This document shows, one piece after another, positions 1 to 15,740 of a stretch of 64,000 bases of DNA. The notes beneath the pieces were generated by a model that saw nothing but the letters and a program-made list of their open reading frames with translations, was not told the DNA's origin and did not search any database. Numbering within the stretch: position 1 is the first letter of the stretch; each line of letters begins with the position of its first letter. Origin of the DNA: the human T2T-CHM13v2.0 reference genome, Homo sapiens; NCBI RefSeq assembly GCF_009914755.1, contig NC_060934.1, one strand, 5' to 3'. Made by a program: the position numbers and the translations under genes.

Positions 1-730
1 CTGTGATGCTAAGTAAGACAGATGGATGCGAAAGGAGATGCAACATAGCATGGGGAAGGCCAGGAGAGGTGAATGAGAAGTGAAGAAAAACAGATGATAA
101 CAGCAAGAGATGGGATTTGGGCTGGGCTCAGAAGGATGGGTGTCTTTTAGGAAACCATCCATGCCCATCTCTCCCATATTATTTAGTATCTACCTTTGCT
201 TATGTCGTCATAAGGCTTCTCTCGTTGTTTCTAGTAGTCTGTTTACCTGGCTAGGGTGAGGACAATGGCTTATCATGTTTTAGTCCGAGATTCCCAGCAT
301 GTAGCATGGCGCCTGGCATGCAGTAGAAGCTCAATAAATATGGGCTGAGTTGAATGAATTAGTGGAGAGGAGAGAGAAGGAAATTTTGGGCAGAGAGCTA
401 GCCCAAGAAAATGCTTGGAGGCAGGGCAATTTTTCTCATGTCAGTATAGTATGAGTCACCATGAGGAAAGTGGGGCAGTGAACCGGACTGGGCTCGGGGG
501 ATGGGTGAGCAGAGAGGAAGTGAGGAAATGGCTGCTCTGTTCTCACCACTGCTGGCCATGTTCCCGTGGCTGTTCTTGGCAGGTGTGAGGAGGTGGCGGG
601 CCGTGCCTGGCAGAACACACCCATTGATGCAGGAGGTGGTACAGAAGAGGGGATAAGAGCAAGAGCCTTGCAGCTTGAGTCCTAGCGCTGCCACCTGTGT
701 GAGCTTGGGCAGACTGCTCACACCCTCTAA

Positions 731-1056
<326 letters not shown>

Positions 1057-1899
1057 TAAGTCATAGTTTTCTTATTTGCAAAATGAAGATCCATCTCACA
1101 GTTCTGAACTACGGATAAAGAAGACAAACTGTGCAAAGAGTTTTGTGCAGTGCCTGGGATGTAGGTAACACTAATATTATTGTGACTATAGATCACATCC
1201 ATTAGGCTCCTCACTGGAGGGAATCCTGGCTACGCTGTGTGACTGGATGTGCCTTGGTCAGCAGTATTGACTGGTGCTGACATCTGAGCCTCTTCTTCCT
1301 TGCACAGTGAGCAACTAGCCAGCTTGTGTGACTCCATTAGGTCCCAGAGCAACTTTGAAGAGAAACCTGGTGATTCTGGAGGACAACGCCCATGTTTCTC
1401 AGGCACTCTCTGCAAATGTGAGCACCGATAGGGCCTTTACTAAGGATGAAGTTGTGGCTCTGGATCTGTAGTCTACCTCCAGCTTGCAAAGCTCTTGCCT
1501 TGCAGCCTTGAAAAACCAAGCGAAAGTGCATGGAGAGCTTTGAGGCATCCTAGCTCTGCAGGAAAACAGGGGTCAGATGAGGCAAGCTGTGTGGTGCTAG
1601 ATCTGATTGTAGAGCCAGGCTGTGTCACTGGACCTACTTCTCAAAGAGATTAGACAGGATCAGAGCCAATGGGACCTTTTCCAGTGTTAATTGGACTTAG
1701 TTATAAATAACACGGAAGCCTCTTGTCATTGCTCCTCTGGGTGTCTAGCTTACATGCCAAAACACAGAACTTGAATAAAAATGTTTGAGACATGCTAGCA
1801 GGTTTCAAGGTCTTCACCCTCGTGACAGGGGTTGCGTAGCAGGTTTCCTTCTCATCAAGAGGCTTAAAAGTGAGAAGGAGCAGTGCATTTCAAGTTATT

Positions 1900-2460
1900 T
1901 GATAAATTGAGTAAAACCCATTTGCCAGTTGGAATTTTTTTTTAATAGAGGAGGTCCTCACTACAGTTCTAATTAAAAATCAATGTGATATATAATTAAA
2001 TTCTAGTGATCATATATGCACCAGCCCGTCTCTTTAGCTTTTAGCTGAAGGCAGGGGAGGCATGCTGTTATTGATCAGTGCAGGAGCCCTTTGAGGTTGT
2101 CAATAGATGTCTCGTCTGAGAGCCACGTGGCTGCTCAAAACCCACAGCAGCGCTCAGAGCTGAAGGACACTCGACTGACTCCAGCAAAGGGGGCTGATGC
2201 TCCCTGACCATTTAAGTGCTCTGCCAGGTAGGCCAGGACCCCGTTCACCATCTCCACCTGCCATCCAGTCCTCCAAGAAGTGAGCTCTGGGGAGGAGGCT
2301 TTGGAAAGGGAGAGGAAGCCAATCAATGTTTTCCAGCTTCAAATTATCATTTTAGCTTCCTTTTCCCCATTAGACCATGGGTAAGTCCCCTCTAATTATT
2401 TTCCATCATGTGTGTCAAGTACCAAGTCAAGTCCGCTGAGTCAGAATGACTAAGGATCAC
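1900..2460. promoter_or_regulatory. Candidate enhancer/promoter-like unique sequence
   Basis: Repeat-free stretch with palindromic E-box GCCACGTGGC (2122-2131), CCAAT (~2319) and AP-1/MAF-like GCTGAGTCAG (~2435-2444); motif matches only. Confidence 0.3.
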
Positions 2461-2747
2461 ATTGATTCAAGACTTATCCGAAGGCCACTGACGTGTCTAG
2501 GTGGTTCCATCCAGTCTGAGGAACAGTCCTACCCCTATTACATGAAGAACTATCATTGGGATTTTCCAGTTTCTTAGAAAGATGTTCATGTTTCTTTGTA
2601 TGAATTCTTGGCAACCTCCCGAGCAATTTATCATAAAAGCTCATGTGCGTAAAGTGCAAAATCCTTCTCAAAAGACTTCCACAATTTTTATTTTTGTCCT
2701 CTCGTGTGATCCTCATCACAATACAATGATCTGAGGCATGAAAGTGG

Positions 2748-2882
2748 TTTTTTTTTTTTTTTTTTTAAGACATGGTCTTGCTCTGTTGCCCAGGCTGGTT
2801 TCAAACTCCTGAGCTCAAGTGATCCTCCCGCATCAGCCTCCCAAAGTGCTGGGACTATAGGTACACAACACCATGCCCTGCT
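2748..2882 (-). mobile_element. Alu left monomer (FLAM/AluJ fragment)
   Basis: Poly-T plus a single Alu arm; aagtgg on both flanks. Confidence 0.85.
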
Positions 2883-3140
2883 GGAAGTGGCATTTTTATT
2901 CCCACTTTACGTAGGAGCATTTCCTCACCCAAAGCAGAGACTGTTAAAGGGTTGATCCAGGTTTCTCCGGCCTGGGAGACTTTTGGAGTAGAACTTGGGT
3001 CTTCCAACTTCCTGTCCCATGCCTGACACCTGACACCATGCTGCCTGCTCAGGGACCATTGCTGACCCATCTTTCACTGCCAGGCCCTCCTCCTCCTCAG
3101 AAGACTTTATCTCTCCCTCCTTTAAAGCTGAATTTAGTGA

Positions 3141-3488
<348 letters not shown>

Positions 3489-3634
3489 TAGATTTTTATT
3501 ATTCAAATACCAATACGTCGTTGTTGTAACGGATTTAAATTATGTATGAGAATATAGAGCCCAGTGTGAAAGGGCCCATTCCTGGCTTGGAGCTTATACA
3601 TCCTGGCTGCTGTCCTGGGCCACCAGGGAATGTC

Positions 3635-3807
3635 TGCTTTCCCTCCCTTCCAGTATGTCTTTCCTCCTCCTCTTCCTTTTTTCCTCGTCATCCTCTTCCC
3701 TTTCCTCCGTCTCCTCCTTTCTCCTTCCTTCTCCTCTTCCCCTTCTTCTTCCTACTTCTCCTTTTCCCCTTCACTTTCTTTCCCCTCACATCTCTCTTTC
3801 TTCTCCC
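3635..3807. repeat. CT-rich polypyrimidine low-complexity tract
   Basis: ~170 bp composed mostly of C/T (cttcctcctcctcttcc...). Confidence 0.9.
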
Positions 3808-3863
3808 ATATGTATTTAAATAAAATAAGGATGTTGTTTTACACAAATAAAAAAATAGTTTTA

Positions 3864-5295
<1,432 letters not shown>

Positions 5296-5587
5296 TGAAC
5301 AAAAGTCCCCATCTTCTGAAGAACTCACCAGGCCTGAAGCCTCCCCGCAATTCCCAACATACACCTTCTTCCCTAGTCTGGTAAGTTTATCCTACTGAAA
5401 TACTACACCTGGAAGCCCAGCTAAAGTCTCACCTCTCTAGTGGAACTTTCCTTCTATTTTATTTATCTGGTCTTCCTGTTTTCCAATTCTTTTTATTTCA
5501 TATACACAGTCTCACACTAACCTGTTCCTCAATGTCTCTGACTTTACTGTAAGTTCATAGACAGAGTCCATACACATTAGGTGCTCA

Positions 5588-5900
<313 letters not shown>

Positions 5901-6614
5901 CAAATCACTGATGCAGGACTAGAGACCTGGCCCAAGATAATGTTATTAAGAGTAGTGAAAACAGATTTAAATATCATTATCATCTGATGGACCTAACCTT
6001 TCTGTCATTTGTTTCACTCATTTGCATAACCATCTGTGAGGTAAGCAATATTATCTGAACTTTACAGATGACAAAGTTAAGAAACTTGCCAGGTCAGACG
6101 GCTAGTAGGAGGCAGAGCTGGAACTTGAATCTGTGCTCTTTCTAAGAGGAGGAATTACTGGAGGAAAATGACCGAGGTTTCCATGGTAAATTGAATTGTC
6201 TTGGGAACTATACATGGTATTGGAGACTGCTCTGGTGGCACCATGAATGCCCTGACTTGGATACTCTTGTTTTCCAGGTAAAGAGACTGTATGTGGTGTT
6301 TTGACATTTTTCCAGAATCCCAATGTGCACAAGAGGCTTTCTGGGTGTGAGACATTTGTAACTAGGGGAATTAGTGCTATCCTGTTGGGCTGGCCTCTTG
6401 GAAGTGATTTGCCTTGGTTTTTCTCAGTGAGGGGACTGAAGTTGGGGAAAATGACAACAAGGAATTGTAGCCCTTCTTGCTGTGGTTGGCTGTGACAACA
6501 CATGACACACATCATCCCCTCCACAACCAGAACAGGGATTCATGGGGACCCCAGAAGGCTTGACTGATGGACTAAAATGTGGGCTTTGATGGCCTCCTTC
6601 TTTTGGCCCTGCTT

Positions 6615-6940
6615 TTGTTTTTTATTGTTGTTGTTGTTGTTTGTTTGATTGTTTGTTTTTTCTGAGATAGGGTCTCACTGTTTTTGCAGGCTGGAGTGCA
6701 GTGGCATGATCACGGCTCACTGCAGCCTTGATCTCCCCAGGTTCAGGTGATCCTCCCACCTTAGCCTCTCAAGTAACTGGGACTACAGGCACGTGCCACA
6801 ATGCCCAGCTAGTTTTTGTATTTTTTATAGAGAAAGGGTTGTGTTGCCCAGGCTGGTCTTGAACTTCTGGACTGAAGCCACCCTCCCACCTTGGCTTCCC
6901 AAAATGCTGGGACTACAGGTGTGAGCCACCACTCCTGGAC
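6615..6940 (-). mobile_element. AluJ-type SINE with (TTG)n tail
   Basis: Reverse-complement Alu; ggc(c)ctgctttt on both flanks. Confidence 0.9.
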
Positions 6941-8235
6941 TTGGGCCTGCTTTTGAATGATGCCAAGGCCGTCACGGTGGTCTCAAAGTCAAGCAATACA
7001 GTCAACCCAGAACCATGTTGGGCTCATCTGATCTTAGAGTCAGCCTCTCTCTGATACATTTAGATCATGTATTAGAACGGCAGCAAAAGGCACATGATTG
7101 TAGAGAGGGATGAGCTTTAACCAAGGTTAAAGAGCTTTGGCTCTTACTGGTGATGGTCCTGAAGTCAGTTATTTTGCCTCTCTTTGCCTCGGAGTTTCTT
7201 CATTTGCACAATAGGGGTAATGTTAGGATTAAAGGAGATAAAGTATGGGTCTAGTACATGGTCAATGATCATCAAGACGAAGGTTTTCTTGCAGAAATAC
7301 AGGTCGGGCCCCTCAGCAGGGATTTGGCTGGTCCCACCTGATGTCATTCTTCCCACTAGTTTCAAACTGGGCTGCTCGCCTGTGGCCAGGGAGTGTATTC
7401 CAAAGCATTCCTGTTCGCCAGCTCAGGCCTCAGGGCTGCTGTGAAGCTGCAATTCCTTTCATGGAGCTCATGTGTGTGACAGGGTGTGCCCAGCTCTTAA
7501 AGTGCTTTGAAGAAAATGCCTTTGTGCTAAAAGCTCTATAAATATAAGGCGCAGACCTGGGCGTGGTGTTTCCAGAATACTCCCAATTTGATGTTAGCCG
7601 TCATCAAAGGCTCAGGTCATAGAAAAGTTGGAAATGGGGGTGGTTTGCCAATTCAGTGATTCCCCAAAGCAGAGATGATTGTTTTTTCTTTTTTTTTCCA
7701 ACTTCCATTGCTTGATGGTACAAGGCCCATGTTGCCTTTCTTGTGTCCAGAACTACACAAACCTGATTTCAAGTATCCTTTTGAAGAATTACCAATTGCA
7801 TACTCTCTCTCTACCCCTTTCTTCCCCACCCCACCCACCAACCATCCAGAGCCATCCAACAGCTCCTCCTGGTGGCCATTGCGGAGAGAGATTCTCTGAT
7901 CACACACCTTTACCTTCAGTATGAATGTGCTTCATTCATTTATTCAACCACTTTTTATTGGTTAACTACTATGCACAAGGCATCTCGCTAGATGCTGGAG
8001 ATACCAATAGAACAAATAGGGTTCCTGCCTTCATGGGGTCACAATTCTGTGAGGAAACAGACAAACAAGTGATTATAATTACACAATGACTGTGTCATAA
8101 CAAAAGTATGTACAAGAGCATGGGGGAGGAGCAGGAAAGGAACCTAAGGCATGTTGATATTGAAGCTAAGAAGGCCACAACTTCAGGGCCTTCTCATTTG
8201 CATGGTCCCCTTCTGAGGCCATATCACATGTGCAT

Positions 8236-8238
<3 letters not shown>

Positions 8239-8278
<40 letters not shown>

Positions 8279-8564
8279 TTTTTTCAGACAGGGTCTTGGT
8301 CTGTCACCCAGGCTGGAGTGCAGTAGCGATCACAGCTCACTGCAGCCTCAAACTCCTGGGGTCAAGCGATCCTCTCGTTTCAGCCTCCGGAGTAGCTGGG
8401 ATAACAGGTACACACCACCACACCTGGCTAATTTTTGTATTTTTTGTACAGACTGGGTTTTGCTATGTTGCCAAGACTGGTCTCAAACTCCTGGCCTCAA
8501 GTGATCCTTCCTCCTCAGCCTCCCAAATTGCTGGAATTATAGGTCTTAGCCACCATCCCTGGCC
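8239..8564 (-). mobile_element. AluJ-type SINE with adjacent (CA)n
   Basis: (CA)n at 8239-8275 followed by a reverse-complement Alu. Confidence 0.9.
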
Positions 8565-8760
8565 TATGGTCATAGATTTTTATAAAATTTACAGGAGTAA
8601 CCCATTTTGAAGGAATCAGTTAAGATTACACTTGTCTTCTGCACTAACACTTACTGTCATATTTCTCCTGTTATTGGGGGACATGGAAGCAGGAAAAGTT
8701 GTCTTTGGAACTGGCTTAGGGAGGGTTGAGTTGGGGATAGAATTCATTTGGGTTTAGTGA

Positions 8761-9151
<391 letters not shown>

Positions 9152-9373
9152 TAGGAGCAGCTTCCAGAAATACTTCTATCACCCACCTTTCTGACTCAGC
9201 AACGCTGTGACATAAAGCTTCATGATCAGAGGCTACATCACAATTTAAACATGTCTGCTAGCTCCGGACACCAGAGCTAGGTGAACAATGGAGGAGAAAC
9301 ATGATTTAGATAGATGGAGCCAGAAGCTAGTCTGCAGAATGTTCTTCAAATTATCAGACGTGTCACTTTGTAA

Positions 9374-9746
<373 letters not shown>

Positions 9747-10567
9747 TGACATCACTACTGAGTTTTGAAGCTGGAAGACATGTTTTCAAACAATCTATAG
9801 GCTAAAGCAAATCACCATAAAGTGTTAGAGCAAAGAGAGTGGATCTTTTTTAATCCTCTGTATAGAAAAAAAAGGTAGAAAATTGTTTTATGAAGAAGAG
9901 ATCAGCGTTTGCAGCTAAAAAGTAGAGGAAAGAGAACTATTCTAGAGGCATATGAGGCAGTCACTATTTCTGTGGATTTTGTAATATCTGTGGAATTTGT
10001 CAGATGTTATTGTGATGTTATGATTTTATACTCATTCTAAATAAATGTTCATTTTCATGCCTAATTTTTCATTTGTAATTCTGGATTCTTTTCTTTCATA
10101 CTTCAGACTCTATACAACTTGGATCAGGCCTGGGAAAGAGACCCTAAGTGTGTCCTGGGGAGGACCAGTGGGGCTTCATGGAGGGTCAGTGTGGGTGCCA
10201 AGAGATGGAGGAACCTTATGAGTTGGCCAAGGGCAAAGTGAGCAAGGGAATTTCCAGGCAGAGAGGAAAAGTCAAGAGGCCTATGAGAGCCCTTCTGTAG
10301 AGGAAAGTGGGATATTGCAACTGAGGGCATGGAAGTGATCAAGGCCCCCAGGCCAGGTCATAGAGAGCTCTTCTGCTGTCCACAGGGTTCCCAAGGGAGG
10401 ACCCCTGAGCGTTCAGGCAGGGAGTAGGCAGATGCTGATTTGGGGGTCCGCTAACTTTTCCTCTGTCTTTATCACTCAGCTTTTGATGAATTCTACCTTT
10501 TCTCATCTCTCTGTACATATCCCCTTAATCTTCCTCCTTCCTCATACTTTTTGGTTAATTCCTTTGA

Positions 10568-11026
<459 letters not shown>

Positions 11027-11139
11027 TAGTTGATAATTAAAATGGTAAAGGTATTGCCCTCAAGAATCCTGTTGGCTATGGGGAGATTCAGCTAAACAAG
11101 CAAACAGATATCTGATTTTTAATAAATGCGAGAAAAGAA

Positions 11140-11305
11140 ACCATGTACTGTACCACAGTTGATTTATCCATTCATCCATCAATGGACATTTGGCTGATCC
11201 CACCTTTTGCTTATTGTGAATGGTGCTGCATTCATCTGTCTGCATTCGTGTGAGTAGCAGTCTTTTGTTCTTTGGGTACAGACCTAGGAGTGGAATTGCT
11301 ACAAT
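11140..11305 (-). mobile_element. Old L1 (L1M) fragment
   Basis: tttatccattcatccatcaatggacatttgg...acctaggagtggaattgct is antisense to the L1 ORF2 C-terminal region. Confidence 0.8.
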
Positions 11306-12560
11306 TTGTGTTTCGATGCTTTGTCCTTCTATCTTCCTGGAATCTCGATTTATCAATTATTTCCCATGCTTCTTCAATATTTACATTTTTTCCACCACTC
11401 CCTCCCTTCTGGTGTACAGGACATGGAAAGATCCAATCTGAAATAAATATTCAAATACTGTGAAAAAAAGTTCCTATGATTTTCAGATACAGAAACCTCA
11501 ATGTTAAGCCATTGCGGAAAATCTTTATTTCACAAAAGGATCTGAAAAGTACGAAGGGAACTGAGGAGAAAGAAAATCTCAACAAAAGCAGTTCTGGGAA
11601 ACCATCTCTCATCAGCCTTCATTCTTGAGTGATGACCACCATACTAGATTTTATCGTCTTCTTGGACTTACGAAAACAAAGGTTTCACATAGATTGAGAC
11701 CCACTTCTCTACCTTTCCACAGGTTGATTTATTTCTTGATTTAGTGAGCTTGCAAATATAGATAGATTACTTTCTTAAGCTGCTTCATGAGATGGAGCAA
11801 CCTGCAGCTGGGGTGACACAAGCATACTACAAAGTCCTGCTGCCTTGTGGTGGGAAGGACTTGGGCTGGAGAACCGCAGACTGTATTCCTGGACAAACAA
11901 CTGAAGCCATTCTGTACTCTGCAGAATATGAAAATTAAAGCAAAACTCTTTGCAACAATGCCCGAGTTGCTTTCTAAGTTTCCTTTCAGCTTTAGAAGCC
12001 TAAGATTCTAAATATATTGCTGGCTTTGTCGTGTAATCAGATACAAAGGTGGGACCATTCCTATTGACATTTCTTACTCTGAGTCTAAGCATAAGAGGTT
12101 TGTTGAAATAGAAATTGGCTAATTAGCATATTTCCATTTCTAAAAAGTACATTGACTTCACTTCCCTTTGCACTTGTGTGTTCTGCATGTTTTATGTGGA
12201 GTATTTGGTGAAGACTGTCTCACAAGAAGGTCCTAGCTTTAGCAACTTGGGGGAATTCTTCAGTTGAAACTCCAGGTAGTTCTTATCAGATACTTTGACA
12301 AGCCCCTAACTAGAAAGAGGAAAATGTTTTGCAGTTTGTTGTAAAACTCTTCAAAGACATTATTCTATCTTTTTGGTAAAACGATTCCATTTCATGCTCC
12401 TACTACATTCTTTGCATTCTCTTCTTGTTTCATCTCAAAGATACTTGTTTTCTCTATGAGTGACTTTCATGTGGTTTTTCGTGTGTTATAATTTCTTTTC
12501 TTTGGATGAATAGTCTATATTCATGGTGGTTTTAAGAAGCATGAGTGAGGCCTGGGATGC

Positions 12561-12853
12561 TTTTTTTTTTTTTTGAGACCGAGCCTCTCTTTGTCACCCA
12601 GGCAAGAGGGCAATGGCGAAATCTCGGCTCACTGCAACTTCCACCTTCAGGTTCAAGCGATTCTCCTGCCTCAGCCTCCCAAGTAGCTGAGATTACAGGT
12701 GCCTGCCACCACGCCCAGCTAATTTTTGTATTTTTGTAGAGACGAGTTTTCACCATGTTGGCCAGGCTGGTCTCGAACTCCTGACCTCAGGTGATCCACC
12801 TGTCTCGGCCTCCTAAAGCGCTGGGATTATAGGCATGAGCCACCACACCCAGC
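12561..12853 (-). mobile_element. AluS-type SINE
   Basis: Reverse-complement Alu; TSD cctgggatgctt. Confidence 0.95.
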
Positions 12854-12855
12854 CC

Positions 12856-13223
12856 TGGGATGCTTATTTTATCTGAGGAACACAACCTCAATCAGGCTGC
12901 ATGGATGTACTGAAACAAAGCACAACAGACCCATCTTTGCAAAGGTAAGTGGCCACATGCACAAACTCTCCAAAAATGAACCTAGCGTAGCAAGAGATAC
13001 AAATAGCATAGGCAAGCCTGAAGGTCTACATAGTCACCTCTTAATGGGATGCTTATTTTATCTGAGTAAGAGGTGACTCAGGCTTGCCTATGTTATTTCT
13101 GTCCCTTGCTAAGCAAGGTTCATTTCTGGATACCCTCTGCATGCGGCCACTTACCTTTCCTCAGATGGGTCTATTGTGCTTTGTTTCAATCCGTCCATGC
13201 AGCCTGGTTGAGGTTGTGTTCCT
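12856..13223. repeat. Imperfect inverted repeat (arms 12876-13043 and 13067-13223) with flank-derived spacer
   Basis: Right arm is the reverse complement of the left (~21 mismatches over 157 aligned bases plus one 11-nt indel, counted by eye); tgggatgcttattttatctgag at both 12856-12877 and 13045-13066. Confidence 0.95.
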
Positions 13224-13862
13224 ACAGGTTGCGAGTCTCAGTTCCCAAACAGGTGCCCTTTGTCTGTAATCTACTTGGAGACACTGTCCTGCATTGATTC
13301 TTTCCTGCATTGTTTCCATTGCCTCTTTGTGTTGACTCTAAAAGAAACTTGCTGAAATCATGTCACCCTTTAATATTTTCCGCCTGTGTGCATTTTCAAG
13401 TATTGACAATGGTTGCCCAGTGAATATACTGTGCTCTGGCAAGGTCAATAGTTTCTGGATCTTCAGCGATCATCTTTTCTACTAAGCCCTAGAGATTTCT
13501 AGAAACAGATATTTGCTTTGATATTTCATGAAACAAAGGCATAGATTGAGCAACTTGAGTGCGTTGTTGTTACAGTTGTAGTGGCCAAAGGACTTCTCTA
13601 CTGAGAAATGAAAACAATTCTCCATTTTCTTCTCATTTCAACCCATTAAGACTTAAAAAAAAAAATAAGGAGGGCTAATCATTTATAGTCTATGAGAATG
13701 AGGTCCCTGGGAGCTGTACATCTTGGGAGCACTGTGGCCTTGTACATGTTTGTTCACTCAAGAAGAATTTGCAAGTACACATTTCATTTGAAAGCATTTG
13801 TAGATCTCCCTTCCCATAACTGCATTGTGTAAATGCTCCCTTCCTCAAGAATTTGTTCACTC

Positions 13863-14809
13863 AGAGTTCACATTTGAGACAACTGCACTCCAGTGTGGGC
13901 GTGCCTTTGTCTTCAGGCCACGCCGAAGAGTGTTTAAAGCAGTCTTGCCGGTCGCTCCTTTCCCAGCCGTGAATAAAAACTGAAGCCAGGAATCTAATAA
14001 GGAATGCTGATTTCCTCAGTTCCATTTTGAGGAATGGGGAAGGCTATTCTAAAGAAAAAAAATGGGACTTGTTTTCTCGGCACATCTGCAAGACTGGCTT
14101 TAAGAGCACAAGGAGGGAAAGTAACGAGAGGGCTGGACTACTATAAAAGTTACAAATACGTAGTTAGACCAATAGATTTATATAGTCAGGTTTTTGTCAT
14201 GTAATTTATTAACTATTACAGAAACACAACTAAGAATATCAAGCATTTCTCTGGCTCTTGACAAAAAATCAGTTGACTTAACCCTTTGCTGTCAAAAGAG
14301 TTGGCGTTTCCTGTTGTGGGTGCTACTGCCAAACGTTCTGGTACTTAGAGTCAGGATGCACGACTTCAACCACCGACTTATCAGTGCAGCTGCCTGTGTA
14401 TTGCAATTGGCCGTTACCTTAAGCACTGAGCCACCAGGGTTTAGTTCAGCCATTTCAAGAAGTATATTTAACGTCGGTAGTTCTGCTTTATTAAAATGCC
14501 GCAGAGGTACTCTTTTGTCCCTTCCGTTTACAGTTCTCTGAGAGAGTTCTATTTTTTTGTTTTGTTTTGTGTTTTCTTTCGCATTTTATATCTTGTATTT
14601 ATCCTGAACATGTTTTGTATTTCTTTTTTTTTTAAGAAAAGGAATTCTTTTGTGTATACATAGATACTTGCATGATATACTGTAGTCAACGGTCGGTTCC
14701 TCGAAAGGTCTTGCTGCTGTCAGGTGTTATGCACTCCATCCATCATAACTGCATGAAACACATTTCATATGTAAATAAATGTGGGACATTCGGCAAAAAA
14801 AAAAAAAAA
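13863..14809 (+). pseudogene. 5'-truncated processed retrocopy of an mRNA 3' end (UTR-like; parent gene not identified)
   Basis: AATAAA at 14774-14779, poly(A) from 14795, perfect 16-bp TSD aagaatttgttcactc at 13847-13862 and 14810-14825; body does not resemble Alu, L1 or LTR. Confidence 0.9.
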
Positions 14810-15294
14810 AAGAATTTGTTCACTCTACAAATATTTATTGATTGTCCACTCTCTGGGAAACATTATTCTTGCCCTGGGCACACAGGCGTCTATAGTCGGC
14901 TGCATCCTTAAAGAGCTTGCAAAGTTGTTAAAGGAGAAAAAGAAAAAAAACAATGTAATGGTGGGGCTATTTGCATACAAACACTAAGCTCCAAGGTTTG
15001 CAGATGTAATAATGAAGGCGCTAAGATAATAATAAACAACTTTCCAGCCCTGAAGGCTTCATGCCGCTGCTAAGGCTGGATACATGATTTCACCACAAAA
15101 TACTGGATTAGAAGAACCTCATTTACAGTTTACATGGGTTATAACAAAAATGTGAGTGCTGCTAGAATGCCTTCTACTAGTCTACACTCACAGAAACCTC
15201 TGAGCCTTTTCCTTTCCCTAAGGAGGTTAATTTTCTTTTAGCTACTTTTTGAACCTTGAAAATGCAGCCAAAGCGAAGCCAGGGTGTACCCTAC

Positions 15295-15740
15295 TGTATT
15301 AGGGTTCTCTAGAGGGACAGAACTAATAGGATAGATGTATATATAAAGGGGAGTTTATTAGGGAGTATTGACCCACACAATCACGAGGTGAGGTCCCACA
15401 ACAGGCCGCCTGCAAGCTGAGGAGCAAGGAAGCCAGGCCGAGCCCCAAAGCTGAAGAACTTGGAGTCCGATGTTCAAGGGCAGAAAGCATCCAGCAGGGG
15501 AGAAAGATGGAGGCCTGAAGACTAAACCAGTCTAGTCTTCCCACGTTCTTCTGCCCACTTTTATCCTAGCTGCACTGGCAGCTGATTAGATTGTGCCCAC
15601 CCAGATTGAGGGTGGGTCTGCCTCTCCCAGTCAACTGACTCAAATGTTAATCTCCTTTGGCAACACCCTCACACACACCCAGGAACAACACTTTGCATCC
15701 TTCAATCCAATCAAGTTGACACTCAGTATTAACCATCACA
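15295..15740 (-). mobile_element. MLT2A-type (ERVL) solo LTR
   Basis: tgtattagggttctctagagggacagaac...gtattaaccatcaca; TG...CA termini; 5-bp TSD cctac. Confidence 0.9.

Noticed and set aside
13749-13771. Permuted partial copy of the retrocopy TSD (tttgttcactc-aagaagaatttg) upstream of the insertion
   Set aside because: Resembles the degenerate L2-end motif; short enough to be incidental
14194-14541. 115-aa ORF inside the retrocopy
   Set aside because: Begins at a non-ATG codon in UTR-like sequence and has no recognisable protein similarity
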